Shown piece after piece: positions 1-14,794 of a DNA stretch of 64,000 nucleotides. Numbering within the stretch: position 1 is the first letter of the stretch; each line of letters opens with the position of its first letter. Source of the stretch: the human T2T-CHM13v2.0 reference genome, Homo sapiens. Location of the stretch: the NCBI RefSeq assembly GCF_009914755.1, contig NC_060936.1; one strand, given 5' to 3'. The position numbers were made by a program, and so were the translations under genes. The notes below the pieces were generated by a model that worked only from the letters and a program-made list of their open reading frames with translations, searched no databases and was not told the origin of the DNA.

Positions 1-37
1 GGCCTTGTGATCATGTGAGTTAATACTTAATAAACTC

Positions 38-99
<62 letters not shown>

Positions 100-137
100 C
101 ACTAGTTCTGTCCTTCTAGAGAACCCTGACTAATACA
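1..137 (+). mobile_element. MLT2A-type (ERVL) LTR 3' end with internal (TA)n
   Basis: ...gtgagttaatacttaataaactccc-(TA)n-ctagttctgtccttctagagaaccctgactaataca resembles the recalled MLT2A 3' terminus and ends in CA. Confidence 0.75.
40..97. repeat. (TA)n microsatellite, ~29 units
   Basis: Uninterrupted TA run seen directly. Confidence 0.97.
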
Positions 138-162
138 ACAACCTTGCAAAAAAGCTATTATT

Positions 163-465
<303 letters not shown>

Positions 466-1120
466 GCTATTATTTTCCTCATTTTATAATGAAGAAACTG
501 AGATAGTCTTTCCTATTGCTGCTTCTCCTTAAGAAGTATCAAATCAGAGTTAGAAAACTCTAATAATCTAATTCTAGAAATTAGCCAGTCAGCAGGAGGA
601 ATACGCTGCCTCAGTTAAAGGAAAGTTTAGGGGCAGGTTTTCTTTTTGACAGCCTTAAAAATACAAAAGTCACACTATGTATAATGCCAACTCTATTGAG
701 ATGCTGGTTCTTTTAGGAAAAATAAATGTTAAACTGGCAAGACAATACAAGAAATTATCCTCACCTATCAACCTCCACATTTCCTTTTAACATTTCATTA
801 AACATTTTGTTGAATACAAATTGTTTGCTGAATGATAGCTTAGAGCAGAATTACTACTTCTTTAACCTTTGTTTATTAACCCCTTTGATAGTCTGAGGAA
901 GCTCAGGATCTCTTTTGTGAGACATATTTAAAAATGCATAAAATGGAATATGTAGGATTCCAAAGGAAGCCAGTTATAGTGAAATATAATTACCAAAATA
1001 GATTTTAGAATGTCCCTACAAAATCCTGGTGAAAGAAATCAAAGAGGAGCTAATAAATAGAGAGATATAACATGTTCATGGATAGGAAGACTTTATTTTG
1101 TTAACATATCAGTGCTTCCT

Positions 1121-1436
<316 letters not shown>

Positions 1437-2145
1437 CTACAGATTAAATACAGTCTTAATCAAAAGCCCAAAGTTATTTTTTGGATATCAACCAACTGAT
1501 TTTAAAATTTACATGGAAATGCAGAAAAGACCAAGAACAGTCCAGAATACTAAAGAACAAAGTTGGAAGACTGATACTACCTGACTTCAACACTTACCGT
1601 AAAGCTACAATAATCAAAAAAGTATGGTATTAGAAAAAGAATAGACAAACAGATCAATGGAATGGAATAGTAAACCCAGAAATAGACCCTCACAAAGAGA
1701 GTCAACTGATCTTTGACAAAGGAGCAAAGGGGATTCAATGGAGAAAGGACAGTCTTTTCCAAAAATGGTACTGGAACAACTGGATATCCATTTGCAAAAA
1801 TGAATAAATAAATAAATCTAGCCACATACTTTACACCTTTCACAAAATTTAGCTCTAAATGGATCACAGACCTAAATGTAAAATATAAAACCATAAAATT
1901 TCTAGAAAATAACAGAAGAAAATCCTTGTGACCTTAGATTAGGTGATGAGTTTTTAAATACAATACCAAAAGCACACTCCATGAAAGAAAAATTTGATGT
2001 TGGACTTCATTAAATTTAAAAACTTCTGCTCTACAAAAGATACCGTTAAAGAGAATGAAAAGATAAACCACAGACTTGGAGGAAATATTTGAGGTGGTTT
2101 TTTTTTTTTTGGAGGAAATATTTGTGAAACACACATCTGATAAAG

Positions 2146-2646
2146 CAGCAGTCCATAGCCTTTCTCGCACCAGGGACCAGTTTCATGGAAGACAATCTTT
2201 CCATGGACGGCGTTGTGGGGGTATGGTTCAGGATGATTCAAGTGCATTGTATTTATTGTGCACTTTATTTCTATTATTACATTATAATATATAACGACAT
2301 AATTATACAACTCAACATAATGTAGAATCAGTGGGAGCCCTGAGCTTGTCTTCCTGCAACTAGACAGTACCATCTGGGGGTGATGGGAGACAGTGACAGA
2401 TCATCAGGCATTAGATTCTCATAAGGAGTGTGCAGCCTAGATCCCTCACATGTGCAGTTCACAACAGGGTTCGTGCGCCGATGAGAATCTACGGCCACCA
2501 CTGATCTGACAGGAGGTGGAGCTCAGGCAGTAATGCATAATGTAAATACAGATGAAGCTTTGCTCTCTGGCCCACTGCTCACCTCCTGCTGTGTGGCCCA
2601 TTTCCTAATAGGTACTGGTCTGCGGCCCAGGGGTTGGGGAACCCTG
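2146..2646 (+). mobile_element. MER1A hAT-Charlie non-autonomous DNA transposon
   Basis: Degenerate TIRs cagcagtcc.../...ggggaaccctg; perfect 8-bp TSD TGATAAAG at 2138-2145 and 2647-2654. Confidence 0.88.
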
Positions 2647-2852
2647 TGATAAAGGACTGGTATCCAAAATATACAAAGAACTCAAGTCAGCAATAAGAAA
2701 AGAAACTCAATGGACAGAAGATCTGAGCAGACACCTTATCAAAGAAGATATACAGATGACAAATAAGCATATGAAAAGGTATCTAACATCATATGTCATT
2801 AGGGGATTGCAAATTCAAACAAGATACCACTACCCACCTATGAGAATGGCTA

Positions 2853-3227
<375 letters not shown>

Positions 3228-4999
3228 TCATTGCTGTTGGGGAATGCAAAATGGTACAGCCACTTTGGGAGAAGTTTGGCAGTTTCTTACCAAGCTAAAT
3301 GCAGCCTTACCATACAATTCAGCAATTGTCCTCCTATGTATTCACTCAAATGAATTGAAAACTTATGTCCACACAAAAATCTGCAATAGAATATTTATAG
3401 TAGCTTTATTCATAATTGCCAAAAACTAAAAGCAACCAAGATGCCCATCAATAGATGAATAAACAAAATGAGATACATCCATACATTGGAATATTACTCA
3501 GTAATAAAAATAAATGAACTATCAAGCCACAAAAAGACATGGAGGAATCTTAACTGCATATTCCTAAGTCAAAGAAGCCAGTCTGAACAGATATGAATCT
3601 AACTGTATGACGTTCTAAAAAAGGCAAACTACAGCGGCAGTAAGAAGGCCAGTGGTCACCAGGAGAACAGGAGTGGGAGGATGAATCGGTGGAGTGCAAG
3701 GGATATTTGGGGCATTGAGACTATTCTGTATAACACTGTAATGGAGGATACATGTTATTGAACATCTGTCAAAACCCATAGAAATGTAAAACACACAGAG
3801 TGAACATTATGTGAACTATGGACTTTTAGTTTTAAAAAAAGGTAAAACCAAAAAAAAAAAAAAAACCCAGAAACAAACCAGTATATGGTAATAAAACACA
3901 AGTCTAATACTTTTCTTGCTGTTTGTCAAAATTCTGTATACAGTAAAATAGTAACATTTATTGCGTCTAAAATGCCAGTTTCTATGCTAAGCACTTTATA
4001 TATATCATGTCATTTAATCTTTACAGATCCCATTATTATCCTCATTTTAGTTAAAACTTACAAAAAGTTGTGGGACATAATATGTGCTTCTTTATTAACC
4101 TATTAAGTAACAAGTGGTCATCTAATAACTGCCATAATTTTGACGTGGTATTGAGTATAGATAATATTTTGAAACGTGCAACAAGTCATGTGATATAAAA
4201 ATATCGGCAATATTTACAGGGGGCAAATCATAGCTACTGCTAATACTACTGTGGCTTTTGCCTACATTCCATTTCAGAAGTCGGTGAAATAATAATTTTT
4301 TCCACTCAAGTTCACAGACATCCTGAATTCTATCCATGGATACCTTATCGTGGACTCCCCAGGTTAATAATTCTGGCCAAGGTACTTAATACGCTGCCAT
4401 ATTTTGCAAGCCTCTAGGGAATCAAGAGAAAACCAGGCCAATACTTTATTTTGAATGGATTCTAATGTAGCCTCTTTTCAAGCTTTTGCAAAGAAACCTG
4501 AACTATGTAAGGAGATGGGGCAGGAGTTGTTTTCAGTATGCAGCATTGAGAGAAGTGTTTAAGAGTTTTATATCATTAAAGAGGCTCAGCAATATTAGGT
4601 TAGCGACGTTTTCTAATCCATTATTATTTAGGCTTTAAGGGCCTGAAGTCGAGTTGAATCTTGTTGAAAGACGGGGTAAAAGGATACAGGCGGGTGAGAG
4701 AGGATGCCCCTGAGTTTTAACGTCTGCATACAAGAGTCGCTAAAACTTACTCGCACGTAATTAGTTCAAATATTGGAAATCGTCTTACAGCACACTATAA
4801 TTTACCAAGATGCTTATAACTGTATACACACACACACTCTACAGAGAATTAGACAATTAGCAGTTTCAATAATGAATACAGAGTCAACGACAAGAAAACA
4901 GGGAACATTTTCTCTTCCTTTGAGGAAATGCATGTTGCCTACTGAGCTATTCTTCTGCCTCTCCTTCTGATGTCAACGCAGAGCCAGAGCCATTTATGG

Positions 5000-5665
5000 C
5001 AGGTGCCTTGAGCCCGCCTAGAGGTCCCCTTTGGAATACTGCAGCGACTCAAGGATCCTGGTCAGCCCTTATTGGCCCCAGCTGGTCCTTTGGATGCTCG
5101 GGTGTGGGTGAAGGAGCCTCGGCCCCTGGAAAGGAGGGGACCGACTCTCTCCGCAGGTAGCGACGTCGCCTGCGGCCGGTCGGGGGTGGGTATTGGGGAG
5201 ACCCCTTTACCTGGCGTCGAGAGGACCCCGGCGCCCCTGCTGCCATCCAGGTGCGAGGACAGCTCTGTCGCGCCCGCGGGAAGGACCGGCGAATCCGCGC
5301 GGGGGTCTCGGCGAGGACCGCAGCGGATGCTCCGCAGCTCCCGCACCGGCCTGGCGGGTTTTGTGGTTAGCAAGTTCCTGCTTCCGTCGCAGCGACGGCA
5401 AGTTTGCCGCGGGGGAAGGGCACGTTCCTGCCCTGCAACCCGGAGCTGCTTCCCGGCAACATTAGCGCGTCCCTCCCCGCGGAGGCTCCGGGCTCCCGGC
5501 CCCAGCGCTGAGCCCCGCAGGGAGGTGGCTCCCCCCACCGCCCCGCGCTCCCCACCAGCTCAGCCACACCGCTGACCCCGGGCTGGGCGCGCTGCGAGGG
5601 GGAGTGCGTGCCTCCCTGCTGGTGGCCCGAGGGTCTGCAGGTGAGCCTTGCCTCGCGGCCCGCGC
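5000..5665. promoter_or_regulatory. MANSC1: CpG island promoter (probably MANSC1, minus strand)
   Basis: Very high GC and CpG density; RUNX TGTGGTT 5362-5368; ETS-like TTCC cores ~5375-5386; RFX X-box-like GCTTCCCGGCAAC 5448-5460. Gene name comes from the recalled gene order MANSC1-LOH12CR2-BORCS5, not from coding sequence in this window. Confidence 0.8.
5211..5385 (-). other. MANSC1: Non-coding first exon of minus-strand gene (MANSC1 exon 1); start site approximate
   Basis: Minus-strand donor CAG|GTAAAG at 5211/5210 inside the CpG island; coding exons would lie left of the window. Confidence 0.7.
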
Positions 5666-6019
5666 AAGTTAAAATAAATGCACATGGGGAAAATGTCAAA
5701 CAGTACAAAAATAGACACAGAGACAAGTCTACCCCTCACCCCCGTGCCCCAGTCTCCTAGTCTCCCTCCTCAGAGGCAACCACTGAGAGCAGTTTTTTGA
5801 TGTTCAAGGGCTTATAGTGCATCCTATTGGGGGCATAGTTCTGAGAATCCTCTTTCCATAATTGGAGGATGGAGTCCTCAATTAAAGATGGCAATTCTTG
5901 AGTTAAATATTATCTGCAAGACAAACTTCAGGGAAGGTATTTGGCTTTCTGCGGGATTTATTGTTTGTAGATAGGATAATAATGGTGAAAATGCTGGTGT
6001 CTGTAACATATATTAAAAC

Positions 6020-6107
6020 TGTATCCCTAACACTTAGCATAGTGCCTGGTACACAATAGGTGCTCAGTAAATATTTAACTAAAATATTTTTGTTGACTGA
6101 ATGAATG
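6020..6107 (+). mobile_element. L2 3' end fragment
   Basis: agcatagtgcctggtacacaataggtgctcagtaaatattt...tgaatgaatg. Confidence 0.75.
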
Positions 6108-6720
6108 GAAAAGAACTGCATAGGGCATAGGTTGTGGAAGTTTCTAAATTACTGCTGGCCCCATCCCCACCTCCATAAACACACACACAAATGCAACGTT
6201 ACTAAACCATTGACACTTAGTTTGCCATATGGTCTAACCTTTGACAGTATCTTCACCTCTGTTTTGAAAGAGCTTGCAGACCTGAAGCGCTATGCAATTG
6301 CAAGTTAAGTCTAGGCCTGTACGGCCAACAGCTACACACCCTAGTCTTAACCAATAACTACAGGAGGATTAGGTTGACTGAGAATGCTTGTGAACAAAGG
6401 TCCATTGTGTGAAACTAACTCTACTTGTAACCAAAGGATGACTCTTGAATTACAATGTTGCTAAAGCTAGGTTTGAAAGAGTTACCAAAGAAAAGTAAAC
6501 ACCAGAGTAATTTCCCATTGCAGTGATTTTCCTGATGCAACAAGGGACTGATCTGCAAGTGTGTTTTATCTTTTATCATCTGATACACTTCAGGGTTCAG
6601 GGTGTAGAGCTATCACAGTTTTTGAATCTCTCTACATGGGGTAATCCATGCTAGTTACAAAGTAGACCTTTCCATTATTAGAAACTTCGTATTCGGTGCT
6701 TTAATACAATGAACCTGTTT

Positions 6721-7039
6721 CTTTTTTTGTTTTGTTTTGTGTTTTGTTTGTTTTTAGAGACGGAGTCTCGCTGTGTTGCCCAGGCTGGAGTACAGTGGTG
6801 TGATCTCGGCTCACTGCAACCTCCACCTCCCGGGTTATAGCAATTCTTTTGCCTCAGACTCCTGAGTAGCTGGGACTACAGGCACATGCCGCCACGCCCA
6901 GCTAATTTTTTTCTATTTTAGTAGAGATGGGGTTTCACCGTGTTGCCCAGGCTGGTCTCGAACTCCTGAGCTCAGGCAATCCGCCCGCCTCGGCGTCCCA
7001 AAGTGCTAGGATTACAGGCGTGAGCCACTGTGCCCGGCC
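6721..7039 (-). mobile_element. AluS
   Basis: Antisense dimer; TSD tgaacctgttt. Confidence 0.9.
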
Positions 7040-7164
7040 TGAACCTGTTTTCATTGAAGTGATATGTTATTTTTTCAGTTATGACAGTGAACAAAGGATA
7101 TTGATTAAAATAATGATTAAAGAAATATTTTCTATTATATATGTTTAATTTATAAATATCATTG

Positions 7165-7776
<612 letters not shown>

Positions 7777-7946
7777 TAAAAATAAAATAAAAACTTTAAT
7801 TTCTGGCCTGAGTCATAACTTAGAAATTATATCCATTGTCACTTCATTTCCTGAAGAGATTCTTGACACTCTTCTCTGAGGGTTAGAAGTCCCATCTATG
7901 TGGAGAAAGATTTCTTTAAAAGTAATCGGAAAACATGTATTAAGCA

Positions 7947-8294
<348 letters not shown>

Positions 8295-8345
8295 CTAAAG
8301 ACCAGTAATACCAATGAGATCTACCTTTAAGATGTTCATAGTTCA

Positions 8346-8700
<355 letters not shown>

Positions 8701-10072
8701 ATAAATGTTATGATAGAAGATGGCAACTAAAAAGGCTCAGAGAAGGGACATCTGATCCCAATTTCTGGGAAGAGGTGTTAATTATTGAAGAATGAAGTTA
8801 TTAGCAGATGAGGAGGAAAAGGCTGAATATTTCAGGAATAGGAAACTGCATGACCACAGGAAATTCAGCCTGTTAGGAAGGTTACCAGTGTACACAGAAG
8901 AATAGAGAGAGAGGCTGGGGTCAGAGCAGGAAGGTTTTCATATGTTAAATCTTAAACTTTATCCTAAAGGCATGGGGAGTTCCTGAAGGCTTTTTGTAGG
9001 GCAGTGACAGGTCCAGAGACCTAATTAATATTCTAGAAAATTATCTCTACCTGCCACAGGAGGGATGGATTGAGGGACGTGAGGCCAGAGGCCTCTCTTC
9101 CAAGAAACGGAAGTGATAAGGCCCTGAAATGGGCATGCAGATAGAGGAGAAATTAAGAGGAGAGGCTCTCCAGGACACAACGATTGGTTGGATGCAGTGC
9201 TGACAGTAAGCAGGCTTCTGGCTTGGGAGCCTGGTTGGGTGGGAGTACCAGGTCATATAAAGACACGGGAAGAGGAGTCAGTCTGGAGTGGACAGAGGCA
9301 TGATGAGTTTTGAAAACGTGAATCCTGGTTTTATCACTCACTAGTTGTGTGACCAAGAATAAATCACTTAACTTTTCTGTAAAATTAGGAAAGTGGTATC
9401 TACTTTACACGCAGGTCATAATATAGACCTTTTTATGCAGGTCTAACATATAGACCTGCAGACCTGTAAACTCAAAAAGGCTGTTCAATTGCTAGTTATT
9501 ACATATACAATAACACAGTTTGCTGCTCATGTAGAAGGGATTTTAAAGGTGCTAAAAGACATCAATCTGAAATGTTTCCTAGCTATAAAGCTCTTCCAGC
9601 AGACTCCTTATGTTATATAAATGCTCATTTAATTTTCTTGCCACCAGACTGTAAGCTTCCTAAGTACAGGGATTGGGCCTTGTTGAATTTTTTATTTTTA
9701 ACGTGTAGCAAGTGCCTAGAACATTTCAGGTTCCCAAGAAATGTTAAGCCAGTGAAGGAAGGAATTTTATCTTCATATGTTCTTTTACTGAATATAGCTT
9801 TATGGATATGGAATTTGTATACCATACAATTTACCCTGGTAAAGTGTACTCTACAGTGGTTTTTAATATATTCAGAGTTGTGCATTCATCATTACAATTT
9901 TAGAACATTTTCATCAACCCCAGAAAGAAACCCCATACCCAATAATAGTCTACATTTCCCTTCCACCCGTACCCCTCCTCGGCCTTAGGCAACACTAACA
10001 TATTTCTCTCTCTGTAGTGCTTCTCCTGGACATTTCATATAAATGAAATCTACAATATGTGGTCTTTTGTGA

Positions 10073-10392
<320 letters not shown>

Positions 10393-10552
10393 TCATATTG
10401 AATAATGTTGTCAAGGTTACTCTATGTTGTAGCATGTATCAGTATGATTTCATCCTTCCCTCATTTTGGCTGAATAAATATTCCATGATTACCACACTTT
10501 ATTTATCCATTCATCAGTTGATGCGACAGACTATCCTTTTAAGAATGAAATG

Positions 10553-10558
10553 TTTATT
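10553..10558 (-). terminator. Polyadenylation signal AATAAA (putative LOH12CR2 3' end)
   Basis: tttatt on the + strand, ~1.6 kb from the bidirectional promoter. Confidence 0.5.
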
Positions 10559-11109
10559 CAAAAGGAAGCATAAAAAACACCATCACATCAGTATGGACTG
10601 GTGTATGGAACACAAGACAAATATACTTTTATGTGGAAAAGGGGAAACAAGAACCAGAATGAGTTATTCTCCATTCCTCACCCCTTTTACCTCCTCTCTC
10701 ACCTTCCCCTCAAAGAGGAAATCTGGGAGGGGATGCAAGGACTCTCCAAAAGGGAATGGTCTCACTGCTTAGTGGGCCCTTCCCAGTCCCATCAGCCTGG
10801 TGTGGTTTATGTAAACCTCAAGACTAGTTAGACACAACTTTCTAGAAGCCTGCCCTGATCTCTCAGGCAGTTTTTAGTTCTATCTTCATATTCCCAGAGA
10901 ACACTGTACTTAGATTCATTTGCATTTTTCTCATTGTATTGCAATGGTGAGCAGAGGAAAGAGCATCAGATAGTCCTAAATAGTTCGACCACTGACCACC
11001 TGCTGACCATGGAGGAGTCACCTACTTACAGGCTGCAGGGTTGTTGTGAAAATTAAATAAGGTAAAATAGGGGAAATTATTGTGATATAGTAGAGTGGAA
11101 GGGACTTAA

Positions 11110-11447
<338 letters not shown>

Positions 11448-11879
11448 AGAGACTACATTTTATACATATAAAATCTCAAGGCATTTACTTGAAATTTCTT
11501 GACGCAGACCATGTAATATAAAATGAGTTGCAAAGTTCGGAGAACGCTAGAGCCAGCTAACTCCTTGATGGCATTGCATTGCTAGGTCTACTTTCTTGCC
11601 CTAGCAAAAATGGCAGTTTCCTTTCTGGATTACTCCCTCCTCACCTTCTGTTAGTTTCAGAGTGACTTGTTGATAACTGCCAAGGTCCCCAGAAAGCGCC
11701 TAGCCAAAAAGGTTCTTCACTTCTCTTTAAAGATGTGCACTCCCTAATACATGAAACAGCATTTTCTATTTCTTAATTTTTCTCTCATTTCCAGCTGCTG
11801 CTTTCACCGTCTTCTGGTATTTTTTTGTTTGGTCGTCCACTGCTAAACTCCCAGCTCTTCAGAATTCAAAATGAGCTTT

Positions 11880-12005
11880 GCATCCAAGCTGTTGTGGGTT
11901 CGAATCCTGGGTCTATCTAGCGTTTCTTTCTCCATCTGTAAAACAGGGTTAAAAATACCTATTTTGTAAAGTTGTTCTCACATGTGGGTATTGAAGAGCT
12001 TAATA
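11880..12005 (+). mobile_element. MIR fragment with intact B-box
   Basis: gggttcgaatcctgg...catctgtaaaacaggg...aatacct MIR core. Confidence 0.65.
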
Positions 12006-12019
12006 GTGTGGGTGGTGTT

Positions 12020-12750
12020 TTAAAGGTGACGCATCCTTACAACAGGAAAGGGCTTACCCTCTTCCGCAGTTCTGGCTTCGAGGAGGTCAAGCCCTTTAAG
12101 GTGGCATCGCCCTAAGTCGCAGGAGCGGGTCTCTCCGCCCCTCCCTCGGGCCGGGGGGCGGGGCCTCCTAATCCGGAACTGAAGGTCTTGCGTAGCCGGC
12201 ACCGCCCATCTGCGTCCCGGAAGGAGCGAGCTTGCGGAGCGTGAACCAGTGAGTGAAAGCGGCGCCGCCCGCCGGCCGCAGGTGCGGCAAAGTCAGTGTC
12301 ATCTGCCGGTTCTCTTAGGGCTCCCGGAAAGAAGGAGGGCTAGCCGCGTGCGTTCGCGCCGCGCCTCCTTGCGTTTCTGTTCCCCAAATAGGGCCTCTCC
12401 TTCTCCCGCCGCCCAGGCCCCTGCGTGGGCTGGACGCGTCAGCCCCACACATTAGCCTCGCTGCGGCGCCCAGACTCTGCTTTGCCTCCCCGTCCCGGTC
12501 CCTGGCCCCTGCCCTGTCGCCCGCCGCCGGAGCGGTGACCGCCCGGCCCGCCGTTCTTCTGCTGCCACCGCTGTCGGCACCATGGGCAGTGAGCAGAGCT
12601 CCGAGGCCGAGAGCCGACCCAACGATCTGAACTCCTCAGGTCGGTGTCCTAACCTCCCACCCTCCTCCAGCCCGCCCTGTCCCCTTGCAGAGCGGGCTGC
12701 CTCCCAGACTAGGGTCAGGGACTGCGGACGGGAACGCACAGAAAAAGCCT
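12020..12750. promoter_or_regulatory. BORCS5: CpG island, bidirectional promoter of BORCS5/LOH12CR2
   Basis: CpG-dense; GC-box GGGGCGGGGC 12155-12164; ETS CCGGAA 12173-12178 and CCGGAAG 12217-12223; CRE-like TGACGCA 12027-12033; no TATA box. Confidence 0.9.
12582..12639 (+). CDS. BORCS5: BORCS5 (LOH12CR1/myrlysin, BORC subunit 5) coding exon 1: MGSEQSSEAESRPNDLNSS+G
   Basis: Strong Kozak gcaccATGG; N-myristoylation motif MGxxxS; donor CAG|GTCGGT in phase 1; recognised BORCS5 N-terminus. Confidence 0.95.
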
Positions 12751-14491
12751 TCACCGTGCTAGTAGGAAAAAAAAAAAGTCACCATCTGTCCTGGCCTCGA
12801 TTCCCCTGATGGAAGTGCGTGTGACTGCAAGCTAAGCCAGCGTGGGCGCCAGTGCCCTTATTTATTTTCAAAACAGCCGTTTCTCCCAGCTACAGCCTCC
12901 TGTTTAAAAGACGAGCTAATTAATTTTTGGCTCTAGTGCTCATGGCTGATGTAGTGAGATTTGGCTCACACAGTGGATGGATTATAGGACCTCTAAGAAC
13001 AGTCTGTTTCTTAAAAACGGGTGTTAGAGGTTCCTTTTCTGAAGGGATATGTGATAGGTGTCCACTTGCTTTGAACCCTTTAGTGCAAAGGTCTCCAGAA
13101 ACAGCTTTTTCTTCTCAGAAGGTGTCTTGGTCCGTTTTCTAATCTTGTAGAGGTTGGCCAGACAGCAGGCACTGGTGTTTTCCATTGTTGTTCTCTGTCC
13201 ATGATTTTTAGACTTCTCTAAGCGTTTGAGACAAGAATGGGAGGATTATTGTGTTTGCAATACAGTGAGTGTTCAATAAATAGATAAAGCAGCTGATGTT
13301 TAATTGAGGACCATTTGCTGCTTTTTTTGTTACCCACACGCTAGGACAGCTGGGAGTGCTTTGGTTAAGCTCCGGGGTTGCTAACGCAAATTGGTTAAAT
13401 CTGGGGCCTAAAAAGAGTCGCCGATTTTAGAAGTTCTCTGTTCTTGATAGGAGCTGTAATTCAGAAATAGGCAAGCTAATAGATCTAAGGGTGTTTCACT
13501 TTAAGGTGTGACTTTCAAGACTAGTTCAGACCTACATTCTGGGGACTGGATTGGGGCAGCTTTGAATGGTGAGCAGCATCTACTAGCTTTGCTACGTTTT
13601 TCTATTTCCTTGGAAGGGCCAGAGTGTCATATCTGTTATAAGAAATATAATAATTGCCACCTTTGACATTCTTGCCTCTATGGCAGGGCAGAAACATATT
13701 TTAGGGGGAAGCGGTGTGGCATCTTTTTAATTTGTTTTCTTGCCCATGAACCAACAGCATTCGAGCATTTCCGATGTTAGAATTTGCCTATTCCCCTGTG
13801 CCCGGTACTTTACATACATTTACATATAATTTTTGCAGTAATCCCATTTTACAGATAAAGTAGTAGAGGTTAGCTAGAGTGTTTTGAAGTCCCCTTTCCT
13901 CTGGTATCTGGGGAAGGAGGAATCACAATTTATAGCAGGAAAGATTTCTGGCATGGCTTTTGTAAAATGTTAGGTAAATTACCAAAACAGGTAAATAAAT
14001 ATTTCTTGAAAAGAAATAAAAGCAGCAGAGATTTTTCTAGAAGAGTGAATGCCAAGCCTCCGGAGACGAGCTTCTAGGAGGCAGAACAGTTCTATGGCAT
14101 CCCTGGATTAACCTTTGAGATATGACTATAATGAGCCTGGGAATATTACCTTCTAGAGCATAAAACACTTTAAAGATTCATTCTTGTCCCAGTCTGGAAG
14201 ATATTTGGGGGAGAGGATGATTTCTTGGTCTAGGGAGTCCTTTATAATTTGAATCACTTCCCTCCAAATGGATTACTTTCTCCCAAGGAACCTGAATTGA
14301 TCTCCCTCTTTGTCCTCCAAATTTCTGATTTTTGCCTCAGCCTAGAATGGACTTACTGGCTATTTTTGCCCTGGACTAATGCTATAATTTTAAGAGTGAG
14401 GGGGCTGTAGTCCTAGCTACTCAGGCCCAGGTGGGAGGATTGCTGGAGCCCAGGAGTTTAAATCCAGCCTGGGCGATGTAGTGAGACTTGA

Positions 14492-14794
<303 letters not shown>

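Noticed and set aside
5588-5628. CTCF-like GC-rich motifs in the first CpG island
   Set aside because: Several mismatches or a spacing shift; indistinguishable from GC background
5062-5726. Overlapping 64-167 aa Arg/Pro/Gly-rich ORFs on both strands
   Set aside because: Expected from stop-codon scarcity in a CpG island; no recognisable protein, and several use non-ATG starts
11890-11912. tRNA-like GGTTCGAATCC
   Set aside because: No cloverleaf or acceptor stem; it is a MIR B-box
12640-12809. Continuation of the BORCS5 exon 1 ORF to 75 aa
   Set aside because: Read-through into intron 1 past the GT donor
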